A stretch of 64,000 nucleotides of DNA from Polyangiaceae bacterium. GTDB taxonomy: Bacteria; Myxococcota_A; Polyangia; Polyangiales; Polyangiaceae. Under the pieces are notes generated by a model that did not search any database, was not told where the DNA came from, and worked only from the letters and a program-made list of their open reading frames with translations. This document shows positions 10,058-19,456 of this stretch, one piece after another. Each line of letters starts with the position of its first letter. Positions within the stretch are counted from its first letter, which is position 1. Location of the stretch: assembly GCA_965222375.1 (NCBI GenBank), contig CBDCTZ010000014.1, forward strand, positions 160,001 to 224,000, given 5' to 3'. Position numbers and translations under genes: made by a program.

Positions 10058-10605
10058 GGTGCTGGGGCCCCTTCACACAACCGACCGAGTTCTTGCCTCA
10101 TGGCGGGCGAGAGGTTCCGGGTCGCAGCGGACCGCGCCTCGCTGTCGTCCAGCGCACACGCCGCGGAGCCGACGATGAGCCACGCCTGATCAGGGTCCTC
10201 ACAGTCCAGGCCGGCGATGCTGTCGTAGACGCGACCGAGGCTCGCCCTCCTGGACGGACCGGGCACGTCGGGACTGGCGAGAAGTTTTCGGACTTCGCGC
10301 TCGGGACCGCTCAGTCTTCTGTGCACCTCGTCGTGCTGCGCCTCCAGCTCGCGTTTCCGGGCATTGCGCACGTCGGCCTCGTGTCGTGCGGGCCCATATC
10401 TCTGTTCCACGATGGCCATCAAGATCGCCACGGCGGCTAGAACCACGGCAACTTGCCCGGCGTACTGAGTGAAGCGAGGCCGTCGCGCCTTCGCTTCGGC
10501 GAGCAATCGCTCGAGCTCTTCGCGTCTTTCGGCTTTCCGAGCGAGTCGCTCCTCCAAAGCACGGAGCCTCTCGGTCAGGGCGGCGCGCTCATCTCGGTAT
10601 GCCAC
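10054..10605 (-). CDS. Hypothetical single-TM coiled-coil protein (paralog of 9347-10057)
   Basis: GTG start at 10605 (AYRDERAAL), TM helix, WLIVGSAAC...C motif. Confidence 0.65.
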   Translation of the reverse strand: MAYRDERAALTERLRALEERLARKAERREELERLLAEAKARRPRFTQYAGQVAVVLAAVAILMAIVEQRYGPARHEADVRNARKRELEAQHDEVHRRLSGPEREVRKLLASPDVPGPSRRASLGRVYDSIAGLDCEDPDQAWLIVGSAACALDDSEARSAATRNLSPAMRQELGRLCEGAPAP

Positions 10606-10690
10606 GCCCCGATGGGAACATCGGTGGCGGCCGCCGATCAAGACTCCATCATGTGCTCGCTCGGCCAATGGTTGCCGAGCGGAACGCGGC

Positions 10691-10900
10691 CTAGAGGAAA
10701 CTTATCAGGTACACGATGCCTGAGAAGAGCCAGGCGGCGATTCCGATCAGGCCGAGAGCGCGGCCAAGGTTGGCCCGCGTCAGGTACTGGTACCCGACGT
10801 CCTCGAGATGGATCGCGTCGCGCGCGCGATTCGCGTAGCTCATCGCGAAGGGGCAAACGAGCAACCCGCAACAGAAGAGCGAAATTCGCGTCGAGGAGGG
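10691..10900 (-). pseudogene. DUF4190-like small membrane protein fragment
   Basis: LFCCGLLVCPFAMSYANRARDAI...ANLGRALGLIGI pattern; no clean 5' end. Confidence 0.35.
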
Positions 10901-11037
10901 CATCCAGTTGTGGCGCTGCGAACGTGCACATCCGCAGGACGACACCGCTCTAAACGCTTGCAAGTGGCGAGCAAGGGTCCAGCGATCAAGATGCCTGGAA
11001 GTGCGTGAGTCGTGAAAAGATGCCCACGTTCTTGGAT

Positions 11038-11820
11038 TCAACTCGGGAATGCGCCGCATCGAGACAGAGCGAGGTAGAGTGCCAAGGAGACGAGCAAGAA
11101 GAGCAGAAAATTGGTAGCTCGGCGTAAGCGCGGTGACCGCGGTAGGAACACGGACGCGCGCTCGACGACCGGCCCCCACAGGTCGTCGAATGCGATGAGT
11201 ATGGCAGCGCCGAGCAGTGGCGCAAAAAGAACCACCAAGGCAGCTACTGCGCCTGCGGCCGGTCCGCTGAGAAACCAGAACAGCGCGCCGAAGAACAGCG
11301 CAAGAATGTAGCTGTGCAGCACGACAGGTCGGCGAAGGTGCAAGGGTCGCCATCCAATCGGCGACAAGCCAGTGGCGAACGCCCGCGTCGCGGACAGGAA
11401 TTCGAACACCCGGGATGGCGTTGGGCCTTCCGGCGGTAGTTCTGCGTCCGAGTCGTCTCCCCAGTCGTCAGGCAAGACGAACGACCAAGCGTGCTCGATC
11501 TCGGCGTATGGATTGTCCTGAGGGTCGTCCAGCTGGATGCGATGTGGGAATCCAGCATCGGCGAGGCACGCTGACAACGATCGCAGTTCTGCTTCGGCAT
11601 CCTCGACGCTGGCGAGAATGCAGTCGGTTGCGACCATGATGTCGCCGTCCGATGGGTCCATTGCCCACTCAACCTCGTCATCCCCTGAGGGCCGCAGCAA
11701 CACCTTGCCGTTGTGTCCCGAGGTGTGCGGTTCAAGCGGAATTGTGCAGCCGCCTATGGTCGTTTCGATTCCGCCAACCCCGTGGGTGCGTTGATTTCAA
11801 CGTAGAAGTGGCAGGGCACG
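11038..11820 (-). CDS. Hypothetical protein (acidic N-domain plus three TM helices), probable frameshift near 11780
   Basis: ORF 11038-11703 is open upstream to GGIETTIGG; an adjacent frame gives GTG-PCHFYVEINAPTG from ~11820. Confidence 0.45.
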
Positions 11821-12134
11821 AGTCAAAACTACCCCCGTTCGGACATCGCGAAAACGTTGGCGGGAACCAAAGCGGAAGTGGAGGCCTGCCCGAGCGCTCT
11901 TGGCTCGTTCCTCGACTCGGCAACTGTCCTACAAACACTGATGGCAACTCTGCAACTCGATGCCTGGCCCGCTGAGACTCGCGTCACGTCGGGAGCGCCC
12001 ATGGGAGGCCTGCGCGCTCTAGCGCCCCGCTGTGTTGACCGGGCGCACGCGGCGGACATTGCTTGTCGCAGCGTGCTGCCCGCCGGGTTGCCGCGTGGGT
12101 TGGAGTGTGAGACAGAATCTGCCGCGGGAATCGG

Positions 12135-15100
12135 ATGAAGCTGCTTCGCCAGACCAAGCTGCACTTTGCCCAGGGTGCGTCTGACAAGGTTTACGAGGTG
12201 GAGCTTTGCGAAGCTAGCGCTGGCAACTTTGTCGTCAACTTTCGTTACGGTCGCCGCGGCACCAACTTGCGAGACGGAACCAAGACTATCGTTCCGGTCG
12301 GCGAGGCCAAGGCTATTGAAATCTTCGACGCCCTCGTCGCCACCAAGACTGCCAAGGGCTATCAGATCGTCGCCCAGACTGCTGACCGCGCAACTATCGA
12401 AGTTCGCCCGGACGCAGCCTCGGAAGTCGTGCGTCCAGGTCACAGCAAGGACGCGCGAGCGCGGGCCATTGTGACGCAGCTCGAAGCGGGTGGTTCGGAC
12501 GGCTGGTCTCTGAGTCGCGTGGTCTGGCGCGCCGGCGAGCTCAGGCTCTTGGAGGCGTTGGATTCGATCCTGAAACACTTCCGCCCGGGAATTGAGGCTC
12601 CGCTCACGTACTGCATTGTCTGGGCCGTGGGGCGTATCGCTTCTGAGCTGCCGAGGGGAGATCCGCGGGTTGGCCGCGTGCTCACGCTCCTCGACGCCCA
12701 GCGCGGAGACGGAGTCGCCAAAGATTCACGCGCCGAAGCCCTGAGGTGGCTGGCAATCGACGGGAGACTGGCGGTTGCGGTCGCTCACGACGAAGGCCTA
12801 GCGAGGCGAGAGCGACAGACGCTGGCGGAAATGCTTCCCGCGGCCATCGCCCCGCTAGCAAGCGACGAGAAGGAAGATCTCGGGGGAGTCGCCGAGGCTG
12901 AGCGCGCGTTTAGACGCCTTTGTAAGGAGCAACCGGGCACCGCAGCAAACGCTGCGTTGCTGCTGTACGCGTCGCGCTCGTTGCGCGGGCGAAGCATGGT
13001 GGTGCACGCCTTGCGATCCCTCGCCATCGTGGGAAGCGCCCGGGGCGCCTTCCGACGCATGCTGAAGCTCGCTGAGTTCAGAGCCGACGGGCGGATATTT
13101 GGCGAAGTGTTGCGCCGCTACGAGCGCACGCGGCGCACAGGCGCGGAGACCATCAGCGGGGGCACGGCTCGCTACATGCGGCGGCGCGGCTGGCGCACCC
13201 TGCGGCGCTTGGGTGACTTGGAACACGACGACTACACCGAAATGGCCGCCGGGGTCCTGCGTGCCATGGGCGACGACGATGCGGAGCCCGTGCAGCGCGT
13301 GGAGTCTTGGGACTACCGCGCAGGTGAGGAACGCATTCGCTACCGGGATGGCTTTTCCAGGGCCTGGGCGTTCAGCCAAATCCTGTTCGGCAACAGCCGG
13401 CGCCACGTCGTGGCTGCGCGCAAGTTGAGATTCGAGCTAGCGGAGGCGCACCCACCTGAAAAGCCTCCGCCCAGCAGCCGAGAAGAGCGTTTTCCGGAAC
13501 TGTGGGATCGAAAACCCGGTCGAGTCCTCGGTCTACTGGCGGAGAGTGAGTGCGCGCCGGTGCATCACTTCGGCGTGCTGTGCTTGCGGGGTCGAGAAGA
13601 CTACTTGACCACTCTGAAGACGGCCGACATCGCGGTGCTCTTGCTGCGTCCCTACGAAGAGACTGCCACACTGGGCTTGGAGCTGGCGGTGCGGCGCTTC
13701 GACCCAAGCCAGCCGGACTGGCACTTGGCGATTGCGGCGGCCAACTCACCGCTGCAGCGCGCGCGGCAACAGGCTGTCACTTGGCTAACGGGCGGCTGGC
13801 TCGCGATACTTGGACGTTCCGACGTGTTGGCTGCTCTGATCACGAGTCCGCGCGCTGAAACCCAGGATTTCGTTGCAGAGCGGCTAAGCAGCGGACCTCC
13901 CGCGGCGGAGGTTGGTCGTGAGGTAGTAGCAAGAGTTCTCGCCGAACTCATGGACTCCGGGGGGCGCACTCGCGAGTGGGCCCGTCGAGTGGGTGAGGTG
14001 CTGCAAGCTCATTTTGGCTCCGCCTTGCGCGAACTGAGTTGGGAAGTCTTGGAAGATCTCGCTAGCCATTCGAGTGCTCCAGTGCAGGAGCTTGCCGCGG
14101 CGATCCTCAGCAAGCATCCGCGGTTCGCTCAAGACCCGCCCGAGGCATTGCTCAAGGCACTGCTCACTTCGCGCCACGCGTCGGTGCGGGCGCGCGCCCT
14201 GGAGCTGATCGGGTTGCTACCCGATGCAAAACTGGCTGAGCGCGCTGAGCTGATCGCTAGCTTTGCCACTCACGAGGTCGCGGAGATGCGTGCCGCGGCT
14301 CGTCCCATCGTTGCGCGACTGGCCGCGATATCTTGGCAGCAGTCGACCACGCTAGCGATGGCGATCATCCAGATCCTCTGCCGGCAGGATCTCGAAAAGG
14401 ACCGCGCAAACGACCTGGTTGCGCTGCTACGTACCGAGCTTTCGCCGATCCAGAACCAGCTTCCGACGCCCGAGCGGTTTCGCCTCGTTGGGGCGGCCAC
14501 CACGGTGGCCCAAGAGCTGGGAGCGGAATTCCTGTCCCGGCTGAGTCCCAAGGAAATCACCATCGATCAAGCGCTGGAGCTCGGCAGCCACGACGTGCTC
14601 AGGGCTCGCGAAGTCTGCTGGGATCTGTTTCGGGACGACGTGTCCCGAATCCGAGCAGAACTCCGCAAGGCGGTACGCCTGCTGGATGCGAAGTGGGAAG
14701 ACACTCGTCGCTTTGCGGCTGAATACTTCCGCGAGCACTTCAAGGACGGAGATTTCCGTCCCGAGGTTGTCGTTGCGATATGCGACAGTACGCGAGACGA
14801 GGTGCAGCGCTTCGGCCAGGAGCTGGTGATGAGGAACTTCGCTCGAGAGTCCGGCACGCTGTACGTGACACGTCTGGCGGAACACCCCTCCGTGACGATG
14901 CAGCAGTTCGTTTCCTCGCTGGTCCTGGAGCACGCCGCGGGAGATCCCCAGCGCATTCGCACCCTCGCGCCATTTTTCGCTTCGGTCTTGGCGCGGGTCA
15001 ACCAAGGGCGTGTCGCCAAAGCTCGAACCTGGCACTTCTTTCGCGAGCAGATCCAGAGCAGCCAGGCAGCGGCGAGCATTATCGCCGAGATCGTGACGAA

Positions 15101-15230
15101 GTCGAGTGCCACCATGGCCGTTGGCGACAAGATGCAAGCAATCAGCGTGCTGACGGCGATCGCTCAGCTTCATCCTTCCGTTTCGCAGTTGCTCGAACTC
15201 AAGCCGGTGCAGGTGCGCAATGCGCTTTGA
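12135..15230 (+). CDS. WGR-domain plus HEAT/ARM-repeat protein (retron type XIII-associated)
   Basis: N-terminal SDKVYEV...VNFRYGRRG...KTAKGY WGR pattern followed by ~900 aa of helical repeats; overlaps the next gene by 11 nt. Confidence 0.88.
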   Translation: MKLLRQTKLHFAQGASDKVYEVELCEASAGNFVVNFRYGRRGTNLRDGTKTIVPVGEAKAIEIFDALVATKTAKGYQIVAQTADRATIEVRPDAASEVVRPGHSKDARARAIVTQLEAGGSDGWSLSRVVWRAGELRLLEALDSILKHFRPGIEAPLTYCIVWAVGRIASELPRGDPRVGRVLTLLDAQRGDGVAKDSRAEALRWLAIDGRLAVAVAHDEGLARRERQTLAEMLPAAIAPLASDEKEDLGGVAEAERAFRRLCKEQPGTAANAALLLYASRSLRGRSMVVHALRSLAIVGSARGAFRRMLKLAEFRADGRIFGEVLRRYERTRRTGAETISGGTARYMRRRGWRTLRRLGDLEHDDYTEMAAGVLRAMGDDDAEPVQRVESWDYRAGEERIRYRDGFSRAWAFSQILFGNSRRHVVAARKLRFELAEAHPPEKPPPSSREERFPELWDRKPGRVLGLLAESECAPVHHFGVLCLRGREDYLTTLKTADIAVLLLRPYEETATLGLELAVRRFDPSQPDWHLAIAAANSPLQRARQQAVTWLTGGWLAILGRSDVLAALITSPRAETQDFVAERLSSGPPAAEVGREVVARVLAELMDSGGRTREWARRVGEVLQAHFGSALRELSWEVLEDLASHSSAPVQELAAAILSKHPRFAQDPPEALLKALLTSRHASVRARALELIGLLPDAKLAERAELIASFATHEVAEMRAAARPIVARLAAISWQQSTTLAMAIIQILCRQDLEKDRANDLVALLRTELSPIQNQLPTPERFRLVGAATTVAQELGAEFLSRLSPKEITIDQALELGSHDVLRAREVCWDLFRDDVSRIRAELRKAVRLLDAKWEDTRRFAAEYFREHFKDGDFRPEVVVAICDSTRDEVQRFGQELVMRNFARESGTLYVTRLAEHPSVTMQQFVSSLVLEHAAGDPQRIRTLAPFFASVLARVNQGRVAKARTWHFFREQIQSSQAAASIIAEIVTKSSATMAVGDKMQAISVLTAIAQLHPSVSQLLELKPVQVRNAL

Positions 15231-16869
15231 GTACTCCTATCAGCAGAGCAGCGCCGTAGACCTGGCTTCGGACGCGACGGGCCTGTCGTTTTCCCCGGAT
15301 CTGCGGCGGAAACCGACGTTTTTGCGTGGCGAACTGACGGACCCGCTCACTTTCCGCGAGGCCATCAGCGCCCTGCACCACGTCGTCGTTTCTGACCTGC
15401 GCCTCAAGCCAAAAGACCGTGACGAGTACAAGGCCTGGCTGAAGCAGCGGGAAGAGGCGGATTTGGAAGCCATTGCGGCCGAGCGTAGTCAGGTGCAGCA
15501 AGAGATCGCGCGCGTCCGCGAGGAGCTCACGGGCCTGCGCGAAAATCGACGGCGCCGTTTTGCTCCCTTCTACCAAGCGAGGCAGCGGTACTTCGACTAT
15601 CTTTACGCCAAGGATCGGGATGCATGGTTCGTGCTCGATCCAGTCATCACCGTCCATCCCGATGAAGTGTCTTTCGAGTGCTTCAGCCAGGACGAGTCCA
15701 GCTACGGACGGCTCGCAGTGGGGTATGAGCATTTTCGCAACCTCGGAGAGCAATCGCCCGGAACGACGAACGTGGACTACTCGACCGCGCTCTACGACGG
15801 CTTCCAGAAACTGCGCACCTACAAGACGACCCGCTTGGACATTGATCCGAGTGGCTTCGACGTTGCTACGACCTTCGAGGGCAGTCACAAAGAGGTAAAA
15901 ATCGATCTGCCCGATAGCTGGGTCCGGGGTTTTCTGCAGGTCAGTTCCGCGATGACGTTTCCCGCCACTCGGATCCGGCTGCATCCCTTTGACGTCCACA
16001 ACATCTGCTTCGTTCTTCGGCGCCACCGCGAACTGAAAGGGCCCCGATCCCTGCGTTTCCAGCTCGTGCCCGGTCAGCCGGTACGTGTTGTCGTGGAACC
16101 CTGGAACTTCACCATCACCTGTCCGCGGTCCGGGTATTCCGGCAAAGATGAACTAGAGGTGCGGGTGTGGGGACGCCGACGCCTACACATTCTCGAAAGA
16201 CTGATCCCGATCACCAGGCACTTCGATGTCCTGCTCCTCGGCACGGGGATGCCGTCCTTTTGGCTAGCCGATCTGGGTAGCGCGAGCTTCACGCTGGGGC
16301 TTTCCGGTTGGACCAGCAACGATTGGTCGAGCGCAGGGAACTTCGATCTGTTAGCGCCACGCAAGCAGGTCGACGACTTCACGTCGCGTCGAGTCTTCGA
16401 GGCGCTACGCGGCCACTGGTTTGCCAAGCCCGAAGACCTTGGCCGAGAGCTCTCCCTGGATCCCGCGGTAGTGCAAGGCGCGCTCGCTGCGTACACCCAG
16501 GCTGGACGGGTGATGTACGATCTGAGCAAGGGAGTCTTCCGCGCGAGAGAACTGTCGCGGGAGCCATTGCCCCTGAACGCACTGCGCTTTCGCAGTGAGC
16601 AAGAAGAGGCGGCGGCAGTGGTAGTCGAACGCGGGGGCGTGAGCTTCGAGGGAGTCGACCAGGGCGAGCAGCACTTTCAACTGCGCAGCGTGGTCGACGA
16701 CCATGACGTGGTGCTCGCCCTCGACCGCGACGAGCGCTTAGTCGATGGCTCTTGTACCTGCTGGTTTTTCGGACAGAACAGGCTCCGCCGGGGGCCCTGC
16801 GAACACATGCTCGCCACTAGAATCATGTGGGAGCGAAAGCGTCGAAAGGAGGTGCTGGCCGCCAGTTGA
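15220..16869 (+). CDS. SWIM zinc-finger protein (retron type XIII-associated)
   Basis: C-terminal CTC-x12-CEH (CxC...CxH); DPVITVHPD...FECFSQDESSYG conserved block. Confidence 0.88.
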   Translation: MRFEYSYQQSSAVDLASDATGLSFSPDLRRKPTFLRGELTDPLTFREAISALHHVVVSDLRLKPKDRDEYKAWLKQREEADLEAIAAERSQVQQEIARVREELTGLRENRRRRFAPFYQARQRYFDYLYAKDRDAWFVLDPVITVHPDEVSFECFSQDESSYGRLAVGYEHFRNLGEQSPGTTNVDYSTALYDGFQKLRTYKTTRLDIDPSGFDVATTFEGSHKEVKIDLPDSWVRGFLQVSSAMTFPATRIRLHPFDVHNICFVLRRHRELKGPRSLRFQLVPGQPVRVVVEPWNFTITCPRSGYSGKDELEVRVWGRRRLHILERLIPITRHFDVLLLGTGMPSFWLADLGSASFTLGLSGWTSNDWSSAGNFDLLAPRKQVDDFTSRRVFEALRGHWFAKPEDLGRELSLDPAVVQGALAAYTQAGRVMYDLSKGVFRARELSREPLPLNALRFRSEQEEAAAVVVERGGVSFEGVDQGEQHFQLRSVVDDHDVVLALDRDERLVDGSCTCWFFGQNRLRRGPCEHMLATRIMWERKRRKEVLAAS

Positions 16870-16878
16870 GGCGTTGGC

Positions 16879-17129
16879 CTCGAGCGCGAAAGTGACGACC
16901 CAAGCAAAGACCTTGCATCCTGGGCGGCGTATCGCCGTCCTTGCCACATGGTCGATTTTGCATCACCGGCTCGCTCGTGACTTTGGCGAGATAGCCGGTG
17001 GTGTCGCGATCATCGGGGTGGTTGTCTGTTGAAACTAATCAGCGACACCACCGGCGTCTCGCTTGAGTTGAGCGATCCGATTCCAAGAATGGACGAAGGA
17101 GAGCTTGGGTCGTCACTTTCGTGCTCGAG
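16879..17129 (+). ncRNA. Retron ncRNA (msr-msd)
   Basis: 27-bp inverted repeat 16879-16905 / 17103-17129 (one G.U pair); small hairpin 16922-16940; long imperfect hairpin 16971-17010 / 17038-17075; directly upstream of a retron RT. Confidence 0.9.
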
Positions 17130-17155
17130 TTTCGACGTACTGGTCAGCAACCGCC

Positions 17156-19189
17156 ATGCCGACTCGTGAAGAGCTGTACGAACGCATTCGGGCATCGTCT
17201 CTAGATGAAGTAGTCGTCGAGGAGATGCAGCGCCTCGGCTTTTGGCCCAGGGAAAGCACGCTGCCCGAAGACCCTGTGGCCGAGATAAAGCGTGTGGGCG
17301 ACCTCGAGCGGGAGCTCGGGCGCCTGCGGCGCGAGCTCTCGCGAGTCGAAGGCGAGGAAAAGCTCAAGGCTCTGCTGCGCAAGCGGCGAATGGAGGCGTC
17401 GCGTGAGCGCCGCAAGTTCACCAAAGAGAAACGCCTGTGGGAGCGCCGCCAGCGGGCCTATGAGTGGCAGCTTCGCAAGCAGAGAGAGCTGCTCTATCTA
17501 GGCGATGGGGTCAGTGCCGGGCTGCACCAGCAGCGCTCCGACGAAGAAGCACTCGTCGCGAACAAGCTGCCCGTGGCACACACCGCCCTGGACTTGTCCA
17601 AGGTCATGGGCGTGGACCTAGGGCACCTGCGCCAGCTGGCGTTCGTTCGGCCTGTCAGCAGGACCACGCACTACGTGCGTTTCGCACTGCCAAAGAAGAG
17701 CGGCGGCACGCGGCTGATTTCAGCCCCAATGCCGAAGCTGAAAGCAGCGCAACGGTGGATTCTGGATCACATCTTGGTTCGGCCGGAGGTCGACGCGGCA
17801 GCGCATGGCTTTTACGCAGGGCGGTCCATTGTGACGAACGCTCGAGTCCACGTGGGCGCAGCCATCGTGGTGAACCTGGACATTGCGGACTTCTTTCCGA
17901 CGCTGACGTATCCGCGAGTCAAGGGGTTGTTCCGCAAGCTGGGTTACTCTGAGCAGATCGCGACAGTGCTTGGGCTCTTGTGTACGGAACCCGAAGTCGC
18001 AGAAGTCGCCCTCGATGGTTCGACCTACTACGTGCAGCAGGGACCTCGATTTCTCCCGCAAGGGTCACCGGCCAGTCCAGCCATCACGAACTTGGTCTGC
18101 CGGCGACTCGACGCTCGCCTCAGCCGGGTCGCGAAGCATTTTGGTTTCACCTACAGCCGCTACGCTGACGACTTCACGTTTTCCACTCAGGACCGAGATG
18201 GCGATGTGGGCAAGCTGCTCGGGGCGGTGCGTCGGATCATTGCGAGCGAGGGGTTCACCATTCACCCCGACAAGACTCGCGTGCAACGTCCGGGAAGGCG
18301 TCAGGAAGTCACGGGTCTCGTGGTCAGCGGTGAAACACCCACGGTGCCTCGCGCCACGCTGCGGCGTTTCCGCGCCTTGCTGCATCAAATCGAGCGCGAT
18401 GGCCCTGAAGGCAAGCAATGGAACCAGGCGGGCGATGTCCTTTCCGCCATCGGTGGGTTCGCGTCGTTCGTGCACATGGTGGACCCTGAAAAGGGCTCGG
18501 CACTGCTCGCACGGGTGGGGCAAATCCGGAAGCGTTTCGGAAAAGCCTCAGAGCCTCCAGCGGAGCCGTCAGGTGTCAGCTGGGAAGTCAGTCGGGCGCG
18601 CTACTTTCCGCCGCTGGTCGCCCCCGCACCGCCAGAGGACGCCAAGCCTACCGAGCCCACAACGCGCGATCCGGAGCGGCCCGCGAGATCGAGTCGGACC
18701 GAACGCAGGCGTGGTGGCGCAAGCCCCTTCATCGGAGGAGTGGGCGCCGACGCGCCGTTCAAGACCAGGGCGTACGCAAAATGCATCGATCTGCTCACGG
18801 TCGCGGGCATCACCTTTGCGCTATCCCACTTCGTCTCTCCAGGGGACGCCACGTTGATCGCCTGGACATGGTTCCTGATCGCAGACTGGGCCGGATCGCC
18901 AGGCAAGGCGCTTCTGAAGCTTCAGACGGTCAGCGGCGACTCCAAGGTCGGGTTCGCCCAATCGGTCAGGCGCAACCTCGCGCCTTGCTTCTACTTCGGT
19001 GCTACCCCATTGGTTGGCGCGCTTTCCGGCCTGGGGCGCCAGGAACTACTCGCCGACTACGCGTTTTCGTTTGGCGTGCTCAGCGCAGCGCGGCTCGGCT
19101 TGCTGCTCTGGGAAGTGCACGGCCTGCGCCGAGACGGTCAGCGACCCAGCGATCGCTGGGCTGGCACGAGAGTCGTGCTGCGCGGGTAG
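17156..19189 (+). CDS. Retron reverse transcriptase (type XIII-like) fused to a C-terminal RDD membrane domain
   Basis: PKKSGGTRLI, AHGF, retron NARVH, LPQGSPASP, YSRYADD, retron VTG; C-terminal RAYAKCID...GSPGK...RPSDRWAGTRVV. Confidence 0.93.
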   Translation: MPTREELYERIRASSLDEVVVEEMQRLGFWPRESTLPEDPVAEIKRVGDLERELGRLRRELSRVEGEEKLKALLRKRRMEASRERRKFTKEKRLWERRQRAYEWQLRKQRELLYLGDGVSAGLHQQRSDEEALVANKLPVAHTALDLSKVMGVDLGHLRQLAFVRPVSRTTHYVRFALPKKSGGTRLISAPMPKLKAAQRWILDHILVRPEVDAAAHGFYAGRSIVTNARVHVGAAIVVNLDIADFFPTLTYPRVKGLFRKLGYSEQIATVLGLLCTEPEVAEVALDGSTYYVQQGPRFLPQGSPASPAITNLVCRRLDARLSRVAKHFGFTYSRYADDFTFSTQDRDGDVGKLLGAVRRIIASEGFTIHPDKTRVQRPGRRQEVTGLVVSGETPTVPRATLRRFRALLHQIERDGPEGKQWNQAGDVLSAIGGFASFVHMVDPEKGSALLARVGQIRKRFGKASEPPAEPSGVSWEVSRARYFPPLVAPAPPEDAKPTEPTTRDPERPARSSRTERRRGGASPFIGGVGADAPFKTRAYAKCIDLLTVAGITFALSHFVSPGDATLIAWTWFLIADWAGSPGKALLKLQTVSGDSKVGFAQSVRRNLAPCFYFGATPLVGALSGLGRQELLADYAFSFGVLSAARLGLLLWEVHGLRRDGQRPSDRWAGTRVVLRG

Positions 19190-19275
19190 GGCACGGCTGA
19201 TCCTTTTGCAGTAGCGGGCAGGATGGCGCAGCGCAGCCGGGTGTCGCACCGGGAGAGATCGGACGCCTTTCATCC

Positions 19276-19386
19276 CGGCTGATTGTAAGGTTTGTGCTCG
19301 GCCAATTGAAAGGTTGGACGTCGGCTGATTGTAAGGTTTGTGCTCGGCCAATTGAAAGGTTGGACGTCGGCCAATTGAAAGGTTGG
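19276..19386. repeat. Tandem array of 23-nt units (A-B-A-B-partial B)
   Basis: A=cggctgattgtaaggtttgtgct, B=cggccaattgaaaggttggacgt; the 46-nt AB unit is exactly duplicated. Confidence 0.9.
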
Positions 19387-19456
19387 GGCGCTGTCTGGCG
19401 TCGCGCCCGCTAAAATGTCTTATAGTTGATATTAGTGATAGACAGGACATATCGGC

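Noticed and set aside
11830..12134. Second ncRNA upstream of the WGR gene
   Set aside because: Only a 10-bp GC-rich stem (12046-12055/12088-12097) and a short direct repeat, both expected by chance at this GC content
18731..18745. Separate start for the RDD domain at GGAGGA-GTG
   Set aside because: Zero spacing between the SD-like motif and GTG, and no upstream in-frame stop
17156..19189. Group II intron or DGR reverse transcriptase
   Set aside because: NAxxH and VTG motifs plus a1/a2 arms indicate a retron; no intron domain V or template/variable repeat pair seen
19276..19386. CRISPR array
   Set aside because: Units are directly adjacent with no unique spacers, and there are no cas genes in the window
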